Of a stretch of 64,000 nucleotides of DNA, positions 48,917 to 58,065 are shown one piece after another (within the stretch, counting starts at the first letter, position 1; each line of letters starts with the position of its first letter). A program made the translations under genes and the position numbers. The stretch spans positions 1 to 64,000 of the forward strand of contig JBMORA010000001.1 of assembly GCA_049320885.1 (NCBI GenBank), given 5' to 3'. The notes under the pieces were generated by a model. It had not been told where the DNA came from. It worked only from the letters and a program-made list of their open reading frames with translations, and searched no databases. This DNA comes from Thermodesulfobacteriota bacterium (GTDB lineage Bacteria > Desulfobacterota > Desulfobacteria > Desulfobacterales > SURF-7).

Positions 48917-51268
48917 ATCCAGTTCGCGACGGATGGCCAGGCCGATTTTTTCCAGCAGATAGGGTTTGCGCAGATAGGCCCCGGCGCCGAGCCGGAGGAT
49001 CTCGTTGACCCGCTCGCTTTCGGTGAAACCGCTGGTCACGATGGCCTTTTGACCGGGACGGAGTTCAAGAATGCGGCGGTAGGTTTCCAGCCCGTCCATC
49101 CCGGGGTCCATGATCATGTCCAGCACTACCAGGTCCACCGGCTGCCGCTCGATATAGGCAACAGCCGCTTCCCCACTGGACACGGAATCCACCCGGTACC
49201 CCAGCCGGGTGATCATGTGCGAGGCCACTTCCCGCTGCAGTTCCACGTCGTCCACCACCAGGATCGTCTCCCCGTTTCCCCGGTAGGTCTCCGGCGGGGC
49301 AGGAGTCTCCCTTCCGGGAAGGCATTCCCGGGTGACGGGGAGGTAAACCTCGAAACGGGCCCCCGCGCCCTCCCGGCTGTGGAGATGGATGAAACCCCGG
49401 TGTTCCTGCACCACCCCCCATACCACCGAAAGCCCCAGGCCTGTTCCGCTGCGGCCCAGCACCTTGCGGGTGTAGAACGGTTCGAAAATCCGGGCATGAT
49501 CTGCTTCGGGAACCCCCCTGCCATTGTCGGCCACCGTCAGGCGGACGTAATCCCCCTCGGTCACGTCACTGGTGCCTTTCAGGCGTCGGTCCACGTAGCA
49601 GTTCTCCGTGGCAATGCTCAACCTTCCTTCCGTCCCCTGCATGGACTCAAAGGCGTTGATCACCAGGTTCATCAAGGTCTTTGTCAGGGAGACCGCCACG
49701 CCTTTGATGGGCAGCAGTTCCTTCTGCAGCGCGGTCTCGACCTTGATTCCTGGGTGTTCCAGCATCAGGCGGCCGTGCTCCGGACTGGTCAGGTATTCGC
49801 CGATGATCCGATTCAGTTCCAGCACTTCCATGGAAGCATGGCCCCGCCGTGAGAGCGCCAGCAGGTCCTGAACAATGGCCGCAGCCCGCTCCCCCGACCG
49901 CAGGATGGTTTCCATCGGATTTCGCAACGGGCTGTCGGGCTCCAGGGTCATGAGCAGCAATTCGGGGTAACTCACCAGGCCGGCCAGGATATTATTGAGA
50001 TCGTGGGCCACTCCTCCGGCCAGGGTCCCGATGGCATCCATTTTCTGGGCCTGCATCAACTGCTCGTTGAGTCGGCGCCTCTCCTTTTCAGCCTGCTTCT
50101 GCGGGGTGACATCCCGGCTGATCCCCACCAGGCCGGTGATGTGTCCTTCGGCGTCAAACAGCGGCGCCTTGTAAGTGTCGAAATAAACCGTATCACCCGA
50201 TCGCCCGGCCACCTGTTCCTCGAATCGGCAGGGGATACGGCGCATCAGGCTCTCTGCATCGCTCCGCCGGCAGGTCTCGGCCAGATCGATAGGGAATAGT
50301 TCGCCGTCGGTAAGGCCCAGGATTTTTTCCATCGGCAGGCCGGCAAGCTCGGCGAAGGCCCTGTTGACCACCAGGTTCCGGCCCTGAATATCCTTGAAAT
50401 AAATGGGGTCCGGAATGGCCTCGATCAGGGCGTTGAGCCGCCGGTTGATTTCCTGCAGATCGTTTTCGGTTCGCCGGCGCTTTTCGATCTCCCGCCGAAG
50501 GTCTTCCACCGACAAAGCCAGTTCCGCATGGCTGCAGCGCAGCCGTGCATCCATCTGCCTGCGCCGAAACATGCTCCACAGGGCCAGGCCGGTCATGCAG
50601 AACCCCAGCAGGGAGGCCGCGCTCATGACCGTCAGGATGAAGCGGGTCTGACGCCGGGCTCCGGTGGCCTCCAGAATCTCCGAAAGTGGAGTGGACAGCC
50701 CGATGGTCCAGACATGGGGACCGAAACGCACCGGTGTCCAGGCTGCGATTTCAGGACCTTTTTCCGGTAACCAGACATACCAGCCGACCCCTTCGGCCGC
50801 ATCGGTCACGTTCCGGCACATCTCTTCATAATGGCGGGCGCCGTTACGAGCCTGGAAGGCGAAAATCTCCGCCATGCTCTTGCCGCGGTATTCTTCCGGA
50901 AAATCGGAGCTGAGATCGAAAACCACATGGTCCGGCGCGTAAATCCAGGCATCCCCGTTTGCAAGGAGGCGCACCGGTTCGACAAAACGACGGAAAATCT
51001 CCTGCTCGATCTTTTCGATGGACCGGCCGCGTTCCAGTTCATACCGGACGTAGGAAGCCACGCTGCGGGACACCGCCCGGACGATTTCGAGCTGGGTTTC
51101 CTGGTAGGCGCGGGTGACGGCCTGCCGCACCGTCACCTGGTACCGAATGGCGACGAACCATCCCAGGGCCAGAACCAGGACCACCAGAAAAACCAGGGTC
51201 GGCTCGAAAATTCGCAGCAGGTAAGCGGGGCGGGGTTCATCTTGTCCGGGAATCGCGGGCGTCGGCAT
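48911..51268 (-). CDS. Hybrid sensor histidine kinase (Cache-like, PAS, HisKA, HATPase, REC)
   Basis: Two TMs, PAS (IYFKD...GISRD), AHDLNN, NAFES, GTGLGL and C-terminal receiver. Confidence 0.93.
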   Translation of the reverse strand: MPTPAIPGQDEPRPAYLLRIFEPTLVFLVVLVLALGWFVAIRYQVTVRQAVTRAYQETQLEIVRAVSRSVASYVRYELERGRSIEKIEQEIFRRFVEPVRLLANGDAWIYAPDHVVFDLSSDFPEEYRGKSMAEIFAFQARNGARHYEEMCRNVTDAAEGVGWYVWLPEKGPEIAAWTPVRFGPHVWTIGLSTPLSEILEATGARRQTRFILTVMSAASLLGFCMTGLALWSMFRRRQMDARLRCSHAELALSVEDLRREIEKRRRTENDLQEINRRLNALIEAIPDPIYFKDIQGRNLVVNRAFAELAGLPMEKILGLTDGELFPIDLAETCRRSDAESLMRRIPCRFEEQVAGRSGDTVYFDTYKAPLFDAEGHITGLVGISRDVTPQKQAEKERRRLNEQLMQAQKMDAIGTLAGGVAHDLNNILAGLVSYPELLLMTLEPDSPLRNPMETILRSGERAAAIVQDLLALSRRGHASMEVLELNRIIGEYLTSPEHGRLMLEHPGIKVETALQKELLPIKGVAVSLTKTLMNLVINAFESMQGTEGRLSIATENCYVDRRLKGTSDVTEGDYVRLTVADNGRGVPEADHARIFEPFYTRKVLGRSGTGLGLSVVWGVVQEHRGFIHLHSREGAGARFEVYLPVTRECLPGRETPAPPETYRGNGETILVVDDVELQREVASHMITRLGYRVDSVSSGEAAVAYIERQPVDLVVLDMIMDPGMDGLETYRRILELRPGQKAIVTSGFTESERVNEILRLGAGAYLRKPYLLEKIGLAIRRELDS

Positions 51269-51409
51269 GAGGGATGGTCACAGCTCCTTTTCCGTTCCGG
51301 CCGCCGCTGCCGCGGCAACCGGGCTGGGCGAGACATCTGGATCTCCGTTCGGGCGGCATGCGCCGCCAGAATACCGGAATTAATACGAATTTCCTAATAA
51401 TGCCATGGA

Positions 51410-51438
51410 AGTATATGCAATGGGTATCCGGGTGTCAA
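51410..51438 (-). promoter_or_regulatory. sigma70-type promoter of the hybrid kinase
   Basis: Minus strand TTGACA-N17-TATACT. Confidence 0.75.
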
Positions 51439-51439
51439 G

Positions 51440-51469
51440 ATGATTGCCCATGCCATGATTGCCCATGCC
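51440..51469. repeat. Perfect 15-bp tandem repeat
   Basis: ATGATTGCCCATGCC x2. Confidence 0.9.
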
Positions 51470-51680
51470 CGTTATCATTGTCCGGCATATTCCACCGAGC
51501 CGGATCTGCCCCTGCGGCCATCGGCCTCGGCGGCGGATCAACCCTTTTTCCGCCCACGGACGACGCGGATTTTCCCGGATGAGAAAAAATACCGCAAAAA
51601 AATGAAACTTTTTGCCACCTACCGGGTTTAACTGTCTAAACGGCAACCATGTTTAATTTACCCGAAAAGGAGACTGAAAA

Positions 51681-52241
51681 ATGAAAAGATCGATGATGAT
51701 GGTATTGGCGATAACCCTGCTGATGACCCTGGGCCTTGGCGGCAACTCGTTTGCCGGTAACGGCAATATGCGCTCCGATGGAACTGCCGCCGCTATCCAA
51801 AACGGTAACGCGGACAATCCCCGGGGTGTTCTCAAAGAACAATTCCGCCATTGCGCCCGATGGCATCACCGGCCGGTTCTGAACCGGTTGTTCCACTGCA
51901 TGCAGGACCTGAATTTGTCCGACGAAACCCGACAGGCCGTCCGGGATTTGCTGGCGGCGTATAAAGAATCCGCTGCGGCCCGCAGGGAAGCATACAACCA
52001 GGCGCGGATCGCCTACTGGGAAGCGCTCACCGCCCCGGTGCTGGATGAAGCCGCCCTGGCTGCCGCTGAAGACGCCATGCTGGCTCTCATCAACGAGGGG
52101 ATGAATGCCAAATTCGATCTGGCCTATGCCATCCGGGGTCTGCTGACGGATGAACAGATCGCCCAACTGTCAACCTGTTTCGATTTTTCGGTTGATGACG
52201 ATCAGGACGATGAGCCTGCGGGCGATCTGGAAAACGACTGA
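51681..52241 (+). CDS. Periplasmic Spy/CpxP-family (LTxxQ) protein
   Basis: Signal peptide, LNLSDET and LLTDEQ motifs, acidic tail. Confidence 0.8.
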   Translation: MKRSMMMVLAITLLMTLGLGGNSFAGNGNMRSDGTAAAIQNGNADNPRGVLKEQFRHCARWHHRPVLNRLFHCMQDLNLSDETRQAVRDLLAAYKESAAARREAYNQARIAYWEALTAPVLDEAALAAAEDAMLALINEGMNAKFDLAYAIRGLLTDEQIAQLSTCFDFSVDDDQDDEPAGDLEND

Positions 52242-52288
52242 GTCATCTCTTCCACATCTCCTCCAACCCCAACCAGAGGTAACCGAGT

Positions 52289-52313
52289 AAGGGAGGGCAG
52301 GTCCCTCCCTTTC
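52289..52313 (+). terminator. Terminator-like hairpin
   Basis: AAGGGAGGG-CAGGT-CCCTCCCTT followed by TC. Confidence 0.55.
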
Positions 52314-52474
52314 ATATTTGCGGGAAATGCAGAAATCCCTCGAACTGTACGCCAGCTTATTTTGCTATAACTGGCTTTAAATACTTGACATAAAAAATTT
52401 CATCAAGTATTCACAGTAATTATGATACGCCTTTGCATGACCATACCCCGTCAACCCCTGTTTTTTTTCTTCAA

Positions 52475-52487
52475 TATCAACATATTG
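52475..52487 (+). promoter_or_regulatory. IHF-binding consensus upstream of ihfB
   Basis: TATCAACATATTG = WATCAA-N4-TTR with upstream T tract; TTGACA-N17-TATTCA at 52385-52413. Confidence 0.55.
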
Positions 52488-52521
52488 GCCATAAAATATT
52501 CCATAATAACAGGTAAAAACA

Positions 52522-52797
52522 ATGAACAAGCTTGAATTGATCGAAAAATTTCGCTCCGAGGCGAAAATTTCAAAAGCGGAAGCAGCTACAATTGTAGACC
52601 TCTTCTTCAATTCCATGTCGGATGCCCTGGCAAAGAGCGGCCGCGTGGAAATCCGCGGGCTGTTCAGCTTTTACGTGAAACAATACAAATCCTACATCGG
52701 CCGCAACCCGAAGACCGGTGAAAAGGTACCCATCAAACCCAAGAAGCTGCCATTTTTCAAATGCGGCAAGGAACTGAAAGCGCGAGTGGATTACTGA
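52522..52797 (+). CDS. ihfB: Integration host factor beta subunit / HU family
   Basis: MNKLELI, RVEIRG and GRNPKTGEKV...PFFKCGKELK. Confidence 0.9.
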   Translation: MNKLELIEKFRSEAKISKAEAATIVDLFFNSMSDALAKSGRVEIRGLFSFYVKQYKSYIGRNPKTGEKVPIKPKKLPFFKCGKELKARVDY

Positions 52798-52872
52798 TAC
52801 CGGAAAAATCGTTTTCGGTGACGATCACGCCAGTCGATGCTGGCAATCAACCCTGAATGAAAGGAGCATCCC

Positions 52873-53097
52873 ATGGCCAATCAGATTGAAAAAGGAATCA
52901 AATCGATCAGAAAAGAGATTGACAAGGTGTTGGACCGGCTGGAAAAATTTATGGTAGAGATTTCCAAAATGGGACAATCAAAACCGGAAAAGAAATCGGC
53001 CTCCAAAAAAGCCCCTGCAAAAAAAGCAGCTGCAAGTAAAAAGAAAGCGGCGCCGGCAAAAAAGAAAACCGAGAAAAGCGACACGCTGAAGGATTGA
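52873..53097 (+). CDS. Small basic protein with histone H1-like Lys/Ala/Pro tail
   Basis: RBS AAGGAG; N-terminal coiled coil, then KKSASKKAPAKKAAASKKKAAPAKKK. Confidence 0.75.
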   Translation: MANQIEKGIKSIRKEIDKVLDRLEKFMVEISKMGQSKPEKKSASKKAPAKKAAASKKKAAPAKKKTEKSDTLKD

Positions 53098-53163
53098 TCG
53101 CGGGTAAGCTGGGGAGCAACCGCTCAAGGGATAGCCGGATTTGGGGGGCTTGAAAAAGCCCTG

Positions 53164-53201
53164 GAGGGAAGCGAATGCACAATTCGTTTCCCTCTTTTTT
53201 T
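53164..53201 (+). terminator. Rho-independent terminator
   Basis: 13-bp stem GAGGGAAGCGAAT/ATTCGTTTCCCTC followed by 7 T. Confidence 0.85.
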
Positions 53202-53272
53202 CAAGGCAGACCTGGCAGCGGTGGCGTAAGCATGGAAATATGTAAATTTTTTAAGTCATATTAAAGGATTGC

Positions 53273-53301
53273 TTGACACACTGGCAACCGATACATATAC
53301 T
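53273..53301 (+). promoter_or_regulatory. sigma70-type promoter of the biosynthetic operon
   Basis: TTGACA-N17-TATACT, 52 nt before ATG 53354. Confidence 0.8.
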
Positions 53302-53353
53302 CGGCAGCGACTTGGCACTCCCGACCCTAATTTCTGACTGAATACAATTTTGC

Positions 53354-54754
53354 ATGAATATCTTATTGATTTTTCCAGCGCCGGAACGATTCCCCATCAG
53401 TGTATACCAGTACCGCAACGTATCCATCCCCGCTTTTCTGACCCACATGGCAGCGCTCACTCCCAAGGAACACCAGGTTCGCCTGGTCGATATGATGATG
53501 GGCGACACCGTTCCCTACCACGACCGTTTTGACCTGGTTGGCATTACCGTCCGCACGCCCATGGCGCCGGTCTCCTATGCAATTGCCGACCGTTTCCGAT
53601 CCATGGGAACGAAGGTCGTTCTGGGCGGGGCCCATGCCTCGGCGCTGCCCATGGAGGCCAAAGGCCACGCCGACGCGGTTGTCATCGGCGAAGCGGAACA
53701 AACCTGGGAAATGGTTCTGGAAGATGTCCATACCAACAGCTTGCGCGACTTTTATGTCTGCGGGCCCTTTCCATTGGACACGCTCAGCGGCGATTTCCGC
53801 CACGTGCCCCATCGGCCGGACCTGAAAGATCTGCCGGCACCACGATATGATCGGCTGGATTGCAGTCGCTATATCATGGGAACCTTCTTCACCACCCGCG
53901 GATGTACCTATGGATGCAAATTCTGCAACGTGCAGCCGTTGTTCGGCGCCCGGACAAGGCACCGCCCCGTCGACCAGGTCATTGGCGAACTGTCAAAGGC
54001 CCCCAGACTCCTGCTGTCGGTGGACGACAATATTTTCGGCGCCCCGGGGGATGTCGATTACTATATGGAACTTTACGGCCGAATGAAAAAGCTCGGGAAA
54101 TACTGGGCGGGCCAGGGTTCCCTGGCGGTAACGACCTATCCCCGTGCGGATGGGTTGCTGCAAACAGCAGCGAAAAGCGGTTTATCCCTGCTAACCGCCG
54201 GCATCGAGGCGCTGGACAGCGACGGTCTTGAAGAAAGCGGCGCCTTTCGGAAGCTCGGTCTTTCCGCGCCCGCTAACATCACCACGGACCAGGCCAGGGA
54301 AAGCATCCATAAAATTCAACGTTACGGCATCAACCTGCTGGGCTATTTTATCATCGGTTTCCGTCGACAGACCCCGGCGACCTTCCAGGCGATTCTTGAT
54401 TTCTGCGACCGTTTCGCCATCATACCGGTACCGATTCTCCTGCACCCATTGCCCGGCACGCCCCTGTATGAGGAGTACCGGGCGGAAGGCCTGCTGCACG
54501 CTCCGCATGGCTGGGAAGCCTTCGACGGCGCGCATATGGTGGTCCGCCACCCGGAATTCGATGTCGCGGATACCGAACAAAAATATATCCAGACAGTGAT
54601 GGCCGCCAACAGCAACGGCCGAAGAGTCTCCCGGACATTCCAGCGCTTTATCCGGAATCCCCGGATCGACAGCTTGATCAATTTTCACAAAACCCAGGGG
54701 GTCATGCAGAAGGGGATCCGGGAATATTTAAAGGAGCGGCGATCGTCTCCATGA
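53354..54754 (+). CDS. B12-binding domain radical SAM enzyme
   Basis: AALTP, DLVGIT, VVLGGAHAS, VIGEAE, TRGCTYGCKFC, VDDN and PLPGTPLY. Confidence 0.92.
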   Translation: MNILLIFPAPERFPISVYQYRNVSIPAFLTHMAALTPKEHQVRLVDMMMGDTVPYHDRFDLVGITVRTPMAPVSYAIADRFRSMGTKVVLGGAHASALPMEAKGHADAVVIGEAEQTWEMVLEDVHTNSLRDFYVCGPFPLDTLSGDFRHVPHRPDLKDLPAPRYDRLDCSRYIMGTFFTTRGCTYGCKFCNVQPLFGARTRHRPVDQVIGELSKAPRLLLSVDDNIFGAPGDVDYYMELYGRMKKLGKYWAGQGSLAVTTYPRADGLLQTAAKSGLSLLTAGIEALDSDGLEESGAFRKLGLSAPANITTDQARESIHKIQRYGINLLGYFIIGFRRQTPATFQAILDFCDRFAIIPVPILLHPLPGTPLYEEYRAEGLLHAPHGWEAFDGAHMVVRHPEFDVADTEQKYIQTVMAANSNGRRVSRTFQRFIRNPRIDSLINFHKTQGVMQKGIREYLKERRSSP

Positions 54755-56289
54755 AACCAGCCATATTATTGACCGGTGCCACCGGACTCGTGGGCGCCAG
54801 CCTGTTGCGTGCCCTGATAGAAGAAGATTATCCGGTCATCTGCCTGGCCCGCCCCAGGAACGGCCATTCCCCGGCAATGCGGATACAACATACCCTGGCG
54901 GCGCTGTCCCCTGATCTGACGTCTCCCCGGAAGATCAAAACCCACGTCGAGACCTATTGCGGGGACATCACCCAGCCGCAACTGGGCCTGTCCCTGACGG
55001 ACTACCGCCATCTTGCCCGGACCGTCACCCATGTCTTTCACAGCGCCGCCGCCATCCGTTTTGCGGCGGCCGACACTCACAAGGTTCGCCTGACCAACAT
55101 CGGCGGCACGGACAATCTCCTGGCCTTCTTGCAGGACGCCCCTGCCGTTGAAGGCCTGCATTATATCGGCACAGCCTATATCGCTGGCGACCGGGAAGAT
55201 CGGGTTTACGAAGACGATACGGATAAAGGCCAGACATTCAACAACGCCTACGAGGAAAGCAAATTCGTCGCTGAACTCCGCATCCGGGAATTTCAGCGCC
55301 GGGCGCTTTCGAAAGTGACCATCTACCGGCCGGGCATCATTGTGGGGGATTACCTTACCGGCACCACCATCCGGTTCAATACCATGTATCAGTTTCTCAA
55401 GGTCCTGCACGTCCTGAAATCCTCCTACCGCCCCGACAGCAGCGGGAGAACCCACATGCCCATCCGGGTTCTCGCCGATCCCCGGACCACCAAAAACTTT
55501 GTCCCCATTGATTATGTGGTGAAACTGGTCATGAAAATCTTTTCCGAACCGCGGCTCCATGGCAAAACCTATCATCTGGTCAACCACCAGCCGCCCACCA
55601 TGGCCCTGATCCGGGAAGTCATGCTGGACGTGCTGCAGATCAGCGGCCCCACCTTCGTCCCCCCCAAATCCTTCCAGGAAAATCCGCCGGATGAAATCGA
55701 ACGGGTTTTCATCGATGAAACCAAGATCTACACGCCCTACCTGTTGAAGGAACCCGCATTCGACAACACCCATGTCCGCGACATCGCCCCGGGATCCGAA
55801 TATCTGTGCCCGCCCATGGACCGGGAGGCCCTGCTCCGGCTTTTCGAATTTGCCGTCCACTCCGGCTGGGGTCGCAACATTTGGAAGCGGGTGCTCAAAC
55901 CCGCCGAGAATGCGCAGGGAAGGACCCAACTGATTCGCAGCTATTTCAACGACTTTTTGCCATCTGTCATGGGCCGGTCGATTTTTGCCGACCTCGACAA
56001 CCTGAATGCCTGCATCGGTTTCCTGTTCACCGACAGCCGGGAAAAGTGGACGATTGAAATCAAAAACGGCAAGTTGCAACAAATACGACCACTCCTGCCG
56101 GATCGCAGCCAGGTGAACTATGAACTGGGGGATGACACCTTCGCCCACATCATATCCGGAACGCTGACCCCCCAGGAGGCTTTTTTCACCAATAAATCGA
56201 AAATCAAGGGAGATGCACTGAAAGGTTTGAAGCTTGCAGCCATTTTCGACCGGTTCATCAAGCAATACCCGTATCAAGGCCATGATTGA
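54751..56289 (+). CDS. Extended SDR (thioester / acyl-CoA reductase-like) fused to C-terminal SCP2 lipid-binding domain
   Basis: TGATGLVG, GDIT, HSAA, YEESK and RPGIIVG; C-terminal PQEAFFTNKSKIKGD. Confidence 0.85.
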   Translation: MKPAILLTGATGLVGASLLRALIEEDYPVICLARPRNGHSPAMRIQHTLAALSPDLTSPRKIKTHVETYCGDITQPQLGLSLTDYRHLARTVTHVFHSAAAIRFAAADTHKVRLTNIGGTDNLLAFLQDAPAVEGLHYIGTAYIAGDREDRVYEDDTDKGQTFNNAYEESKFVAELRIREFQRRALSKVTIYRPGIIVGDYLTGTTIRFNTMYQFLKVLHVLKSSYRPDSSGRTHMPIRVLADPRTTKNFVPIDYVVKLVMKIFSEPRLHGKTYHLVNHQPPTMALIREVMLDVLQISGPTFVPPKSFQENPPDEIERVFIDETKIYTPYLLKEPAFDNTHVRDIAPGSEYLCPPMDREALLRLFEFAVHSGWGRNIWKRVLKPAENAQGRTQLIRSYFNDFLPSVMGRSIFADLDNLNACIGFLFTDSREKWTIEIKNGKLQQIRPLLPDRSQVNYELGDDTFAHIISGTLTPQEAFFTNKSKIKGDALKGLKLAAIFDRFIKQYPYQGHD

Positions 56290-56971
56290 AGAATCTGTTT
56301 TTTTCCGCTCGGATCGCTTGAACCTTCACGGCGTTCTGTCATACGCAGAAGATCTCTTCCTCGCGCCGGCGGTCCTGTTGTGCCCGCCCCACCCTCAGCT
56401 GGGCGGCAACATGGACAACAACGTCATCCGCGCGATCCACAATCTCCTGGCGGCGAACGATTTTGTCAGCTTTCGATTTGACTACCGCGGTGTCGGCAGG
56501 AGCGAAGGTGATGCTGAAATGGAAGTGGACAGCCTCAAGGCCTTTTGGGAAGATTCCCACAGTCCCTTGGACCTGCCCCGCCAGCAGGATGCCATGGCCG
56601 CCTTCGATTATTTGCGGCGGATGCCGGGAATCAACCAGCGGGAACTATCCCTCGTGGGGTATTCCTTCGGAGCCCATGCGGCCCTGCAGATCGCCGCCGA
56701 CGCGCCGTGGCTCGCGGCCATGGTCCTGGTCGCCCCAACACTTCATTTCCACGATTTCGACCGGCTTGATTCCCTGACCATTCCCAAACTGATCGTCTGG
56801 AGCGACAATGACTTCTCGTGCCCCCAGGATCATTACACCAAACGTTTCCGGGACTTCGCCGCCCCCAAGGAACACTTGGTTTTCCCGGGGGCGGACCATT
56901 TTTTCATCGGCCATGAAGCGGCCCTGAGCCACCGCGTTCTCCAATTTTTGAAAGGCAGGTTGAATGCATAA
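56282..56971 (+). CDS. Alpha/beta hydrolase
   Basis: PHPQLGGNM, RFDYRGVGRSEG, GYSFG, ND and ADHFF; ATG 56282 overlaps the upstream stop. Confidence 0.88.
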   Translation: MIEESVFFRSDRLNLHGVLSYAEDLFLAPAVLLCPPHPQLGGNMDNNVIRAIHNLLAANDFVSFRFDYRGVGRSEGDAEMEVDSLKAFWEDSHSPLDLPRQQDAMAAFDYLRRMPGINQRELSLVGYSFGAHAALQIAADAPWLAAMVLVAPTLHFHDFDRLDSLTIPKLIVWSDNDFSCPQDHYTKRFRDFAAPKEHLVFPGADHFFIGHEAALSHRVLQFLKGRLNA

Positions 56972-58046
56972 CGTCCCCTGGTTTCATCAATCCGCCGATA
57001 TCTGGTTGCGTCACGTGCTGTCGATCCATTTTGATCCGCAAACCGGAACCCCTTACTGGCTGGAACAGGCCCGAAAAATGGGAGTCGATGTATTGCAGCA
57101 GATCCGGTCCACCGACGACCTCGGCATCCTGGGCCCCATGAACCCAAAGGCCCTCGCCACCCGGCCGGTGGAGGATTTCATTCCCCGCCGCTATCACCTG
57201 GAGAAGGAGTCCTTCACGCTGGGAGATACCGCCGGCACCACCGGCACCCCCAAGGTGACGGCCTATCGCAATGACGAGTTCCATGCCGCCTTTGTGGAAT
57301 ACTTCGGTTTCGTCGCCGAGAAGCTGGGCTTTCCCAAGAGCTTGAACTGGTTGTGGATCGGTCCAGGAGGGCCCCATATCATTGGCAAAGCCGCACGGAT
57401 GGTGGCCAGGAGGATGGGCAGCCTGGATCCGTTCGCCATCGATTTCGACGCCCGCTGGATCAAGAAACTGGTTCCCGGTTCCATGGGCTGGGAGCGCTAT
57501 TTCCAGCACATTGAAGACCAGGCCCTGCACATTCTCAGGACCCAAGACATCGGCGTCCTGTTTTCAACCCCGCCGGTTCTGAAAAGGCTGGCGGATAAAA
57601 TGAACCCCGCGCTACGGCGCCGAATCAAGGGGGTCCACTACGGCGGCATGGCGCTTTCCCCGGAGCTGTATCTGCGCCTGCGGAACGACTGTTTTCCCGA
57701 AGCCGTTCACATTTCCGGATACGGCAACACCCTTTTCGGGGTTTGTCTGGAGGTCGAGTCCAACCCGGACGGGCGCCTTCATTACTTTCCCCCCGGTGTG
57801 CGCCTGCTCATCGACATCATCGGCCCGGACAACCGGAAAGTGGATTATGGCCAACGAGGCCGGGTGGTTTTCAGTCGTCTGGATGAAAGTTTTTTAATTC
57901 TCAACATGCTGGAACGCGACCAGGCCACCCGTATTCCGGCCGGGGCGGCCGCCCGCGCCTTCGGCCTGACCCTGGACGGCTTGGCTGATCCCGGTCCGGA
58001 CCCAACGCCGGACACAGCGAAAAAGATGGCCCTGGGGCTGTATTAA
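56964..58046 (+). CDS. EhpF-like / phenylacetate-CoA-ligase-like adenylating enzyme (truncated ANL fold)
   Basis: HFDPQTGTPYW, P-loop TAGTTGTPK, GPGGPH, GYGNT and VDYGQRGRV...ERD; 360 aa. Confidence 0.72.
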   Translation: MHNVPWFHQSADIWLRHVLSIHFDPQTGTPYWLEQARKMGVDVLQQIRSTDDLGILGPMNPKALATRPVEDFIPRRYHLEKESFTLGDTAGTTGTPKVTAYRNDEFHAAFVEYFGFVAEKLGFPKSLNWLWIGPGGPHIIGKAARMVARRMGSLDPFAIDFDARWIKKLVPGSMGWERYFQHIEDQALHILRTQDIGVLFSTPPVLKRLADKMNPALRRRIKGVHYGGMALSPELYLRLRNDCFPEAVHISGYGNTLFGVCLEVESNPDGRLHYFPPGVRLLIDIIGPDNRKVDYGQRGRVVFSRLDESFLILNMLERDQATRIPAGAAARAFGLTLDGLADPGPDPTPDTAKKMALGLY

Positions 58047-58065
58047 CCGTAGGGAGGAATGCCTC

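Noticed and set aside
51600..51640. ECF-type promoter (TGAAAC...GTTTAA/GTCTAA) before the Spy-like gene
   Set aside because: Plausible, but spacing and -10 are ambiguous and no cognate ECF gene is in the window
54766..56283. 505-aa minus-strand ORF
   Set aside because: Antisense shadow of the SDR-SCP2 gene, typical of GC-rich codon usage
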